Positions 12,121-23,639 of a DNA stretch of 64,000 nt are shown here, piece after piece. Under the pieces are notes generated by a model. It saw nothing but the letters and a program-made list of their open reading frames with translations, was not told where the DNA came from and did no database searches. A program made the position numbers and the translations under genes. How positions within the stretch are numbered: the first letter of the stretch is position 1; each line of letters starts with the position of its first letter. Source of the DNA: Mobula hypostoma (lineage: Eukaryota); contig NC_086097.1 in the NCBI RefSeq assembly GCF_963921235.1, positions 196,976,001 to 197,040,000 of the forward strand. Reading direction: 5' to 3'.

Positions 12121-12899
12121 ACTACTGCCCCCTTCAGCTCCCTAACCGTTCGGGTGTTAGTATATACTGTATTGCACTCCAGTGAAATGGAACGGCTTAA
12201 ATGATTTTTAATTTAATTCGAAATGCTTAATTGAATGAATGTCCAATATATTCTTTTGTAAAACACTTCCCCACTCAACATCCTTAGTGAAATGTTTTAT
12301 CATTTATTTGTGTTCTTTGTATAAACTAATATATATTACAGATTTTATGGGTATAGTTTGAAGATATATAAGTTATTGTATGTAAGTATTGATGTGATTG
12401 TTCTGATCAGACTGATATTAAAAATCGTAATTCATAAGAATAATGTTTGAACAGAAAGGAAATTTAATCCAAATTTACCACTTTGTAGGATTTTGCAGTA
12501 TTTCTAAGACTGACTCATTGTGTTTCAAGTAGATTTTCGTTGACTCAGAGAGGAAAAAAACTTTTTAGTATTTACTCAAGAAAATTTACATTCTCAAACA
12601 TAATAATTTGGGTGCCAGTGGTTTCCCTGAGCCAAAAGGTTGTACATCCAAGTCTTAATTTCAGAGCTCAAGCACATAACCAAAGCTTTGTGCTCATTTC
12701 AGCATTGAGGGTTTGTTACCATGTCAGAGTGGTTATTTTGATGTGTTAAACCAAGAGCCAGTAAAGTGAATATAATGAACTGATCACACTATTTTGAAGA
12801 GTCATAATTTTTGATATGTTACTAGTGTTAATAACAATTCCATGGCAATGCCATAGTAAAGCTCAGCGTAGTATAAATTGTTTTGGTGTCAATACATTA

Positions 12900-13382
12900 T
12901 TTGGCACATAGATAAAAGGGACAAATTAAATGACATGATGTTCCAACTCCTGTTTTCAGTGCCCTGGCCAATGAAGGCTAGTGTGCCAAACTTCTCCTTC
13001 ACCATCACTTCTACTTATGCTACCACTGCCAGGGTATTAGATACCTCTACCCTTAGCTGTCTTGTGCAGCAGACTTCTGGGATGTACCATTTACTGTTCA
13101 AGTACTGCCCTGGTTTGATTGTCAAACTGCAACACCTCACACTTGTCAAAGTCTAGTTCCATCTGCTATTCCTTGGCCTTACTTCCCTAGATTATGGTGT
13201 ACAACGGTTGATACAGTACCAATCCCTGTTGTACACCACTGGTATCAGACCTCCAATCTAAAGAACAACCTCTGTCTCCTTCCACCAGGCCAATTTTTAT
13301 TTGATTGACTTGTTCATCCTGAATCCCATGTGATTTGACCTTCCAGACTGCCCTGCTATCACGGACCTCGTCAAAGGTCTTG
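12900..13382 (-). mobile_element. Degraded CR1 RT fragment (intron 1)
   Basis: Translation KTFDEV...KVKSHGIQ...DWRSDTSGVQQGLVL. Confidence 0.75.
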
Positions 13383-14446
13383 GAAGAAGAAAACTGGGAA
13401 ACATAAAAAAGGTAGCCACAAACAAATGAAAGAAATGGCAAGAGATCTGGAAGAGGCAGTTGACTCAACAGTGCCCATAGACATCCAGAGAAGCAATCAC
13501 TAAAGCAAGCATTACAGTGAATTTTGTTGCTAACAGACAAGTGCAGATCACTTGCCTGCCTTGCTCAAGCTATTCAATAGTCAAACTGCACCTTACACAC
13601 CATAATCAGTAAAGGGCATTAAAGTATTTAAAGGCACAAGCTCAATTTCTTTTTGTAGATTCAAGAAAGACCATTGGAATTCAGTGTATATGATGATTAA
13701 GATATGAGGAAACAGCTTTTTTTAAAAAAGGCACAAAACATTGAAGCAAGGAAAACGAGAGGGTACTGTGTATGTCCCACTTCCTTAACGAATTTCAGCT
13801 TCACTTAAACATCCATTGCTTAGTTTTGTGGTAATTTCTCTTTCTGTTGGCATGTACTATCTTTGCTCAGTAGATTACTTCCATTATAAAAGAAGAAAAA
13901 AGCCCAGTCACTACTTTTATGTTCTTAACTCCAGTTATTGATATATTATTCCCAGGTTAGCTGACTTCTTATCCACTTCCTGTATCACTTGGGCAATTTC
14001 CTCAGGGTTGTGCAGCAATTTTCTTGTGGTAATTTGTCCTTTTGCCTGTCTCGTGTCAAATCTGGTTGACAACGAGACAATGTATGCTTTACTAAGTTGT
14101 ACTGAGGTATTAAATCAAAATATGGAATTACTCCTGTAGTCAGTGAAGTTTCTCAAAGGTTAGTAAAAGCATTTCTGTTCATTTGATAGTGAAGCAGTGT
14201 TTGTATTGGTAATGAATAGGGTATTTCAGAGATTTATGTCAAGTAAGTGCATATAGCAGTTCTATATTGCCTGAAAGCAGTTTATCTACATTAATCCATT
14301 TGTGCACTGGTGTTTTTGGGGGTGACAAGGTGAGCACCTCAGACAAAATATAAGTAAGTAAGTATTTGTGCAAGTCTTATTCTTTGTGGACTCTACTGTT
14401 GCAAATGTTGTCATTAAATAAATGAGAAACTCTTTCTGCTTCCTAG

Positions 14447-14592
14447 TAAATGTTAAATGGGGGAAGGAGAAGTTTGATGGACTGGAGTTGAACACTGATG
14501 ATCCACCTGTGGTTTTTAAGGCACAATTATTTGCACTAACTGGAGTTCAGCCTGAAAGACAGAAGGTTATGATTAAAGGAGGCACACTAAAG
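14447..14592 (+). CDS. USP14: USP14 exon 2, ubiquitin-like domain
   Basis: tcctag|TA AAT GTT...; (V)NVKWGKEKFDGLELNTDDPPVVFKAQLFALTGVQPERQKVMIKGGTLK|gtaatt; 146 nt. Confidence 0.97.
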
Positions 14593-15824
14593 GTAATTTC
14601 TTTTCAACTAATGTTTCTCTGTATGATTGTATTGTATGCCTTGTTGGGGGGGGGGTTAGTGGGTTAAAATCTTTGTTTCCTTTCATTTCTTGGGTCCTGA
14701 AGTTAAGAAAACTGGCGTACAATATACTTTTTAAGAAGTAACACAAGCAAGAGACTTATCTTCCCCAGTGTAATTTAAATTACCCTTGATTATTTTGTCA
14801 CCAAAACTGGAGTTGCAAGTGAATAAGAATGTTGAAGTTCTGTGACATAGTGTATCTTGGCATTATCTGTTCTTGCCTATTTAATTAAAAAAATTGAAAT
14901 GTTCCATACTACAAGCTGGTGCATTTTATTTTGAGTGCATCCCTTTTGGCTAACCCAAGATCTAGCACAAGGAACCTTTTACTTTTATCTCCCTTTTGGC
15001 TCGGCTACTGCGAGCATTGTGTGAAATTTCATGTCATTGATAAAATGACTACATCTAACTTGTTCGATTGCTCATATATTTTTCTCATCACTCCAGTAGA
15101 AAATTTAACAAATAATCTATAAACACAACCCCAGTCTAAAATATTAAAAAAATTGCGACTGAGGCCTGTAAGTTCAGAGCCACAGTTTAGGGACGATATT
15201 GGTCTTAGGCCATGTTGAGCTGATTGGTGGAAAGTTGTCATCAGTTTACATTTTACCTGGTTTGGATTTTCATGTGAGCTTGGCCAAATGCAGAAATTAC
15301 AAGTGGCATCACGTTCTGATGTTTGTGTATGCCACCCAGCACTTCATGGCTGGACTTGTTATGAGCTCATCAGCAGAATGTGCTGGAGTCATTAATTAGT
15401 CCTAACTGGAGCGAAACTTCTTGTCCGATAGATATCCTTCACTATCTGTTTTCAGATGTGAAATATCGTAACATCACTGACCAGTTACTAAACTATTATA
15501 TTTGATGTATGTTGTAACTTGGAAGCAGATCTGTTTGATCAAAGTTGCTTCGCATTTGATTTGGGTAATCTGGATTCCAAGCTGAAGGTCAGTGAATAGG
15601 TTACTGGCCATTTGATGGTTCCATGCCTTAAGAAATGGAAACTACTTCTGGAAGCAGAAATTTTCTCTAGTGATTGATTTTTGGTTTACTTCTATGATGA
15701 CCTCCTGAGATGTAAAATTCATCACAATTCCTTGCCTTGTTGGAAATGTATCCTGCTTTCAAACTGTTTTAAGTTAGCTTAATTCTTCTCCAAACAAATT
15801 TTTTATTTTTTTAATTTTTTTTAG

Positions 15825-15857
15825 GATGATGAATGGGGTAGCATCAAGATAAAGAGT
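15825..15857 (+). CDS. USP14: USP14 exon 3
   Basis: poly-T tract, ttag|DDEWGSIKIKS|gtaagt; 33 nt. Confidence 0.93.
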
Positions 15858-16119
15858 GTAAGTACGATGTTGACAGTATTAAATCTTTGTGCAATGGTAG
15901 AATATCACCAATGGGCAGCCGAGTGGCGCCTCAGTATGAATTTTTTTTGTCTCTAGTTCTTGCCTGTGGACATTTATCATCCTTCCCTAGTTAAACACAG
16001 TGATAATAAGTCGATTTTTTTTTTACTGTTGAAATTAATCCTATTCCATTGTAAGTAAAGAATTTCAGAAATTGAACCTAGCAGTGATGAGTAAACAATG
16101 ATCTATGTATTCATCAAAA

Positions 16120-16360
16120 GTCAGCAGTGTGTAGAGCTGCTGCCCCACATCTCCAGTTAGTCATTTTCAATTGGTACTGTCCGTAAGGAGTTTGTCTGTT
16201 CTCTGTGGCTTTCCTTGGGTGCTATGGCTTCCACCCAAATCCCAAGACAAATTGACAGATTAATCGGACACAGTAAATTGTTTCTGATGTGTAGGAAAGT
16301 GGTAGAATTCAGGGGGAGTTGATTGGACTGTGTGCGGTGTAGATTACAAAGGAAATCAGT
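16120..16360 (+). mobile_element. tRNA-derived V-SINE/HE1-like SINE, degraded
   Basis: Core ggagtttg..tgttctc...tttccttgggtgctatggcttccaccca matches the V-domain pattern; paralogues at ~31163 and ~34040. Confidence 0.65.
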
Positions 16361-17780
16361 GGGGGAACAATGTTCATTGAGCTAGTTTTTCTCTTACAGT
16401 GGGCCAAAATAGTAGCCACCTATTTTACAATGAAATTTCACATGATATATGTCTTGTGAGGTGATGGTACTTGCTTCCCATCCCAGAATAACGTATTTAT
16501 TTCCTACTTTCAGGAACATACTCTTAAGTCAATACTTTGCTACATTCCAGATGGCACCATATTTTGGAGGATATGTTACCGGTTCTCTGCAAGTAGATGT
16601 TAAATGACCCATGGTATTATTAGGAGTCTGGTGTAGAGTATTTACTTGTCATAGACTACTTGGAACAAATGAGTTGTTTCTTCCTCTTCTTTCTAAGTAA
16701 TTACATTGGAAGAAGAGCATGGACCTAATCCTGTCCAACATTCCTTCCTCAACCACTGTCACTGGAAGCAAATTAAGTGATCTCTTATTAATTTGGTGAT
16801 CATGTATGTCAGAGTAAATAACTTCAAATGAGATATGAAGTTATTTATAGTGCAGTTTACGGTGCACCAAGGATATGGAGTTCTGTTTCTTCTTTGTTCT
16901 TATAAAATACTAAAATTATTAGTGCCATACTTTTTAACACTGATGAGATTTGCCATTTTGCACCATTGTTAGTTGGAGCTTTATTGTCATTGCTGAGGAC
17001 GAGATTGCAATGCAATTCCGTTCAGTGCAAAACAGTGTATTGGCAATTCAATTACTAAAAGCACAATGACTAAGTTTCAAACTAATGTCTGAGTTATTTA
17101 GAATGGCATCTAAGTTACAGCTGAATTAAAAAGAAACAACTTTGGAGTAGTAGTAATGGGGAACTGAGATGATGGAGGAGCTAAGTAAGTACTTTGCATC
17201 AGTCTTCATAGTGGAAGACACCAGTAAGATGCCAGGAATTCAAGAGAATTAAGGGGCAGAGGTGAGTATAGTAGCCTTACTAAGGAAAGCCGGAAAACCT
17301 GAAGGTGGATAAATAACCTGGATCAGATGGGCTCTACCACAGAGTTTTGAAAGAGTTAGCTGAGGAGATTGTGGAGGCACTGGTAGCAGTCTTCAAGTAT
17401 CATTGAAGTTGCTGAGGATCCCAGAAGACTGGAAAGTCACAAATATGATGTTCCTGTGTTTTTAAAAGGAAGGAAGATGAGGGGAACTGATAGGTTGATT
17501 AACCTGACCTCAGTGCTTGAGAGGATTTTAGAATCTATTATTAAAGATAAAATTCAGAGTACTTTGAGGTATGTTATAAAATGGAGCAAAGTCATTATGG
17601 TTTTGTGAGATCAAATCTGTTGAATTTCTTGAAATAACGGACAGAATGGACAATAGAGAGAGGATGTTATTTACTTGGATTTTTAAAAGACCTTTGACAA
17701 CATGCTGCACATGAGACTGCTAAGCAAGGTTGGAGCCCTGATATTAGAGGCAAAGTGCTAGCATGGCTTGAAGATTGGCT

Positions 17781-18633
17781 TGTTACGGACCAGCAGCAAT
17801 AAATGTAGAATGGAGTCAGGGAATTAGTGCAAACCATCTAAATTTATTAACATTTACGCAGAAATATAAAAAATTGAATGACTTAAACAGAAGTTAATGG
17901 CGTTATGCGTCTATTGTTCCCAAAGTCAAACTTAGAAACAATTCTTAACAGGGTCTTACTCCAGCACAGTCTTAGAGTGGCACTTTAGGAAGTCCAGGTG
18001 ACTCTGAAATAAGTGAGAGGAGAGACTTGTATGTTCATGATGCAACGAAGAGGCGATATTGGAGATTCACAGTACGGCAGAGAGGCGATCTTGAAGAAAC
18101 AGTTACCAGAATTTGCAGCCGCGGAGTACCTTTTTCAAAGAGTCCTAGAAGAGTGAGATTTCACAGAGTAACTGACAGGGTATGTCCCTTTCGCCGAAAT
18201 GGTCACCACACAACACCCGAGACCATGCAGGTGTCAACCAAAAGTGTGTGCCACTGTCCACGTATGGATTATACGAAATGTCAGTCACATTCGAAATGCA
18301 CAAAGTGCTGCCGACTAGCCCCCAATCCTTGAGGTTCATTCGGAGCCTGCAATCTTCACTCTCACTCTCTATTCCCGTTGATTCCTTAAGGACTCCTTAC
18401 CGAGCGACTCCCTCATGAGCGATTGCCCACTAAACTCTTTTTATACCATCGGGGAAATGTCATCACGTGACCCTCACAGAAACAAAGTCATAGATTCCCA
18501 GTAAACCACGTGGCACCCCCAGGAATCGAAACTACAAGCTTCCAGCAAAACAAGACTATAGATACATCACACTTAGTAAATGAAACTAGTATCACGTGAC
18601 GTCCTCAGGAATCGAAACTGTGGACTCATAACA
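17781..18633 (-). mobile_element. Solo LTR (853 bp)
   Basis: TGTTA...TAACA termini; 4-bp TSD GGCT (17777-17780, 18634-18637); on the - strand TATAAAAA at 18438-18445 and AATAAA at 17843-17848. Confidence 0.85.
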
Positions 18634-19644
18634 GGCTGATTGGTAGAAGTTAGAGAATGGGGTAAAGGGGGTTCATTTCAGGATGGCTACCGATACCTAG
18701 TAGATTTCTGTAGTGGTCAGTGTTTGGACTGCAGCTTTTTACTTTATATGTAAGTGATCTGGATGAAGAAACTGGTGACATTATAGCCAAATTTGAAGAT
18801 GGTACCAAGATAGGTGGAGGGACTGGTAGTGCTAAGGGAGCGGGAGTCTGCAAAAGGGATCGGATGAATTGGGAGAGCGTGCAAAGAAGTGGCAAATGGA
18901 ATGCAGCATAGGCAAGCATAGGTTTATCCACTTTTACAGGAAGTGTTAAGGTATAGGCTATCTTCTGAATGGGGAGAAAGTTCAGAAATTGGAGCTGCAA
19001 AGGACAAAAGTCATCCTACAGGATTCCCTTAAGGTTAACAAGAAGTTTGAGTCAGAGATAAAGAAGATATTCATTTTAAGAGGACTAGAATGTCAAAGAA
19101 AAGTTGTTCCGTTGAAGTATAAAAGCGAGGATGTACTACAAAGTGCTGGTCAGACTGAATTTGGAATATAATGAGCAATTTTGGGTTCCATATTTAAGGA
19201 AAGATGTGTTGGCTCTGAGGAGGGTCCATTTAAAGTTCTCGAGGATGAAAGGCTTAATGTATGAGGAGCATTTGATGTCTCTGGGACTGTAGTTAATGGA
19301 GATCTCTTTGAGGCATAGTAAATGTTGAAAGGTCTGGATAGACTGCAGGTGGAGGGGTTGTTTCTATAAGACCATATGATATAGGAGTAGAATTAGGCCA
19401 TTTGGCCCATCAAGTCTGCTCCACCATTTCATCATGGCCGATCAAATTTTCCTCTCAGTCTCGATCTCCTGCCTTCTCCCCATATCCCTTTATGCCCTGA
19501 CCAATCAAGAAGCTATCAACGTCTGACTTAAATATACATTAAGACTTGACCTCCACAGCTGCTTGTGCAAAGAACTCCCCAGATTCACTACTCTTTGACT
19601 AAGAAATTCTTCCTCATTTCTGTTCTAAAAGGATGCTTGTCTAT

Positions 19645-20014
19645 ACACACATTCTTTCTCTCACTCTCCTTTTTCTCCCTCTGTCCCTCTGAATATACCC
19701 CTTGCCCATCCTCTGGGTTCCCCCCCCCCGTCTTTCTTCCCGGACCTCCTGTCCCATGATCCTCTCGTATCCCTTTTGCCTATCACCTGTCCAGCTCCTG
19801 GCTCCATCCCTCCCCCTCCTCCTATCATTTTGGATCTCCCCCTCCAACTTTCAAATCCCTTACACACTCTTCCTTCAGTTAGTCCTGACGAAGGGTCTCG
19901 GCCTGAAACATCGACTGCACCTCTTCCTAGAGATGCTGCCTGGCCTGCTGCGTTCACCAGCAACTTTTATGTGTGTTGCTTGAATTTCCAGCATCTGCAG
20001 AATTCCTGTTGTTT
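19645..20014 (+). mobile_element. Penelope-like element terminal fragment containing a minimal hammerhead motif
   Basis: 8-bp TSD TTGTCTAT (19637-19644, 20015-20022); pyrimidine-rich 5' part followed by AGTC-CTGACGA-AGGGTCTCGGCCT-GAAACATC-GACT. Confidence 0.8.
19881..19916 (+). ncRNA. Minimal type I hammerhead ribozyme motif (Penelope-associated)
   Basis: Helix I AGTC/GACT, core CTGACGA, helix II AGG/CCT, GAAA, loop-less helix III ending in ATC. Activity untested. Confidence 0.7.
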
Positions 20015-22678
20015 TTGTCTATTCTGAGGCTGTGTTCACTGGTCTGGGAATCTCCGACCATCCTTTCACATCTGCTATATCAAGGCCTTACAGCGTTTGA
20101 TAGATTTCAATGTTACCCCTTATTCTTCTGAATTCCAGGGAATACAGGCCCAGAGCCATCAAACGCTCTTCATATCCATTCCAACCTGGAATCATTTTTT
20201 GTGAGCCTCCTTTGAACCCTCTCCAGTTTCAGCACCTCCTTCCTAAGATAAAGGGCCCAAAACTCCTTACAATTTTTCCAAGTGAGGCCTCGCCAGTGCT
20301 TTATAAAGTCACGACATTACACTTTTGCTGTTATATTCTAATCCTCTTGAAATGACTGCTAACATGGCTTTTGCCTTCCTCATCGCAGACTCAACTGCAA
20401 ATTAACCTTTAGGGAATCCTGCATAAGGACTCCCAAGTCCCTTTGCATCTCAGTTTTTTGTATTTTCTCTCCATTTAGAAAATAGTCTACTCTTTCATTT
20501 CTTCTACCATACACTTCCTGACACAGTTTTCCATCTGCCTCTTCTTTGCCCATTCTCCTTATGTCTAAGTTCTTCTGTAGCCTCTCTACTTTCTCACCTA
20601 TCTTCAAATCGACTGTAAATTTTGCATCAATTCCATCATCCAAATCATTGACATATAACATTAAAAGAATCAGTGCTCACACAGACCCTGTGGGAAACCA
20701 CTAGTCACTAGCAACCAACCAGAGAAAGTTTCCTTTACTTCCACTCTTTGCCTCCTGCCAATCAACCACTGCTTTATCCATGCTGGAATCTTCCTTTAAT
20801 ACCATGGGCTTGTAGTTTGTTAAGCAGCCTCATTGTTTGGCAACTTGTCAAAGGCCTGAAAATCCAAGTACACAACATCAACCGACTCTCCTTTGTCTAT
20901 CCTACTTGTTACTTTTTCAAACAATTCCAACAGATTTGTCAGGCAAGATTTTAGCTTCAGAAAGCCACGCTGACTATGGCCTATTTTATCATGTACCTCC
21001 AAGTACTCTGAGACCTACCCCTTAATAATCAACTCATCCCAACCACTGAGGTCAGACTAACTAGTCTATAATTACCTTTCTTCTGCCTCCCTCCCTTCTT
21101 GAAGAGTGGAGTGACACTTACAATTTTCTAGTCTTCCAGAACCATGCCAGAATCAATTGATTATTAAAAGATCATTACTAATGCCTCTGCAATCTCTTCA
21201 GCCACCTCTTTAAGATCACTAGGGCGTACACCATCTGGTCCAGGTGACTTATCTATCTTCAGTCCTTTCAGTTCCCCAAGAGTCTTCTCTCTCGTAATGA
21301 TAACTTCATACACTTAATGACCCCCTGAAACCTGGAACTTCCACTATACTGCTAGTGTCTTCCACGGTGAAGACTGATGCTAAATACTTACTCAATTCGT
21401 CCGCCCTTACTACCTCTTCAGCATTGTTTTCCAGCGGTTTGATATCTACTCTCACCTCTCTTTTACACCTGATGTATCTGAAGAAACTTTTGGTATCTTT
21501 AATATTATTGGCAAGCTTACTTTCATATTCCATCTTTACCTCCTTAATGACTATTTAGCTGCCTTCTGTTGGTTTTTAAAGCTTCCCAATCCTCTAACTT
21601 CTCATTAATTTTTGCTCTATTATATGCCCTCTCTTTGGTTTTATGTTGGCTTTGACTTCTTAGCAACAGTTGTGTCATCTTTCCTTCAGAATACTCCTCT
21701 TTGGGATGTATAGATCTTGTGCCCTCTGAATTGTTTTCAGAAATTCCAGCCATTGTTGCAAAGCCATCATCCCTGCCAGTGTTCTTTTTCCAATCAGTCC
21801 TGGCCAATTCCACTTTCATGCCTCTGTGATTCCCTTTACTCCACTGTAATTCTGTGCCATTAGAGGGAGAGTCTAGGATCCAAGGGCATAGACTCAAAAG
21901 AAAGGAGTGACTCTTTAAACTAAGATAAGAAATTTCTTCAGCAAAAGAGTGGTGAATCTTTAGAATTCATTGCCACAGAGGCTGGGGAGGCCATGTCATT
22001 GGGTGTATTTAAGATGGTGATTGATAGATTCTTTGGGGGTTGTGGGTTATAGGGAGAAAGTAGGAGAATGGTGCTTTTTTAAAAAAAAAACCATCAACAC
22101 AATTGAATGCCAAAACAAACTTGAATGGCCTAATTTTTCAGAAGGCTGTTTTGGGTGTTAGACCATAAGATACACATATGTAGTGTTAACACACAAAACA
22201 GGCCAGCCTTCTGTTTCCACTGACCTACCTATTACAGCCTTTCACTTCTAAGTGCTGCTGTGCCAAATGCTCTGTGAATCTTCCTGTATTGTTCATCATG
22301 AGCTTCAAATAATAATGGAACTGTTATGGAATTAAGATTCTCCATGAGAGAAACTCATACTGCTAACTCAATCTTTATCAGAATATTAGAAGTCTTTAAC
22401 TCCTCATTCTCATTGGTCTTCAATGCCTTTAACTGTTTCCAGAATTTAAAAATCTCTGCCTGGCCTTTGATACTTCATTGTCATTTATAGATATATTCTT
22501 CATTATGTTAATTTCACTTGATGGTTCCGTAGTCTGAAATCTTGTTCTTCACTTGCATTTTAAAAGTTGAAAGATTACTCACAAAAAGTCAGTGACAATA
22601 TGAAAAAAATGAAATAATTAGTACATGTCATTGAAGATATATTGCTTAACTCCAGACTTGTGTGAATTATATTTATAG

Positions 22679-22783
22679 GGAATGACTCTGTTAATGATGG
22701 GATCAGCAGAGGCATTGCCTGAAGAGCCACTTGTACGTCCAACTTTTATGGAAGACATGACAGAAGAACAGCTGGCCTCCGCT
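22679..22783 (+). CDS. USP14: USP14 exon 4
   Basis: atag|GMTLLMMGSAEALPEEPLVRPTFMEDMTEEQLASA|gtaagt; 105 nt. Confidence 0.96.
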
Positions 22784-22989
22784 GTAAGTACTTGCAAAAA
22801 AAAAATTCTAATTTCAGTAATGATGTTGTTTGATATAGTTATAGAGATAGTAAGTAAGTAAGGGTTTATAGGCATTTATTTAATATTGATAGCCTTATGG
22901 GGTTCTGGATAGAATGTAGAGCAGAGTAGTGCCTGATCCTTGTTAGCAAACTTGGAGTATATCTGTTCTTCTCTCCAGTCTATCCAGAA

Positions 22990-23628
22990 CCACACAAGGC
23001 TACCAAATATTAAATAAAATGCCTACAAACTCTTACTTATTGGTTCCTAATAGTTATCAACAGAGGAATTCATCCACTGTACACTGCTATGTTCTTGAGA
23101 TTGACTGTAAACGAACAAAATCGGTGCAGATAGTGGACTGCCTTCATACAATACTTCTGACGATTGCATCTTTCAAACCTTAATTTTCATTGAAATATTC
23201 AAGATGATTGTTGATACCTTAATTCTTTGTAGTTCTTAACTTGTTGTAGTGAAATCCTTTCATTTTCACTCCCGGCCATTTCTGGCATCTCCAAGCCAGA
23301 ATGTTTGAAACCACAGAGTAACACCGTTCTGAATTGTCTTACTGCTTAGTTCTCAGCAACATCACTGACAAAAATTACTGCATTTTGAACACAAACTCAT
23401 GCAACTGACACTATTTTAAAACTGTTCACTTTAAGCATGATGTGATATCTAACGACTATGCTAATTAAAACTGTTCAATGACAGTCTGCCGCCCCAGTTA
23501 AGTGGCCTAGTGTCCCAAATAAAAAAAGGAACCTCAGGTATTTTCTCAATTGGTTTTTGTTCTTTAAGAGTTGTCCCAAATAAGCAGCTGCCCCAAAGAC
23601 TGATGGCCCAATTAACTATAATTCACTG
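22990..23628 (-). mobile_element. Tigger/TcMar-like non-autonomous DNA element (partial; related to 53477-54242, opposite orientation)
   Basis: Ends cccaattaactataattcactg|TA; internal tcccaaataagcagctgccc is the reverse complement of the start of the 53477 copy. Left boundary uncertain. Confidence 0.65.
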
Positions 23629-23639
23629 TATCCAGTTAT

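Larger units (their letters stand above)
19368..21857 (-). mobile_element. CR1 LINE, 5'-truncated, degraded
   Basis: Pieces KSCLTNLLELFEKVTSRIDKGESVDVVYLDFQAFD and YVNDLDDGID; 3' tail at ~19368. Confidence 0.88.
17130..22140 (+). mobile_element. Old CR1 fragment interrupted by a solo LTR (17781-18633) and an antisense CR1 (19368-21857)
   Basis: The RT and 3' sequence resumes colinearly after each insertion (gattggct|...|ggctgattgg; tttctata|...|ttagagggagagtctagg). Confidence 0.8.

Noticed and set aside
16084..16145. C-box-like GTGATGA suggesting an intronic C/D snoRNA (also ~55974 and ~56278)
   Set aside because: No well-placed D box (CTGA) with a terminal stem or recognisable rRNA guide sequence was seen.
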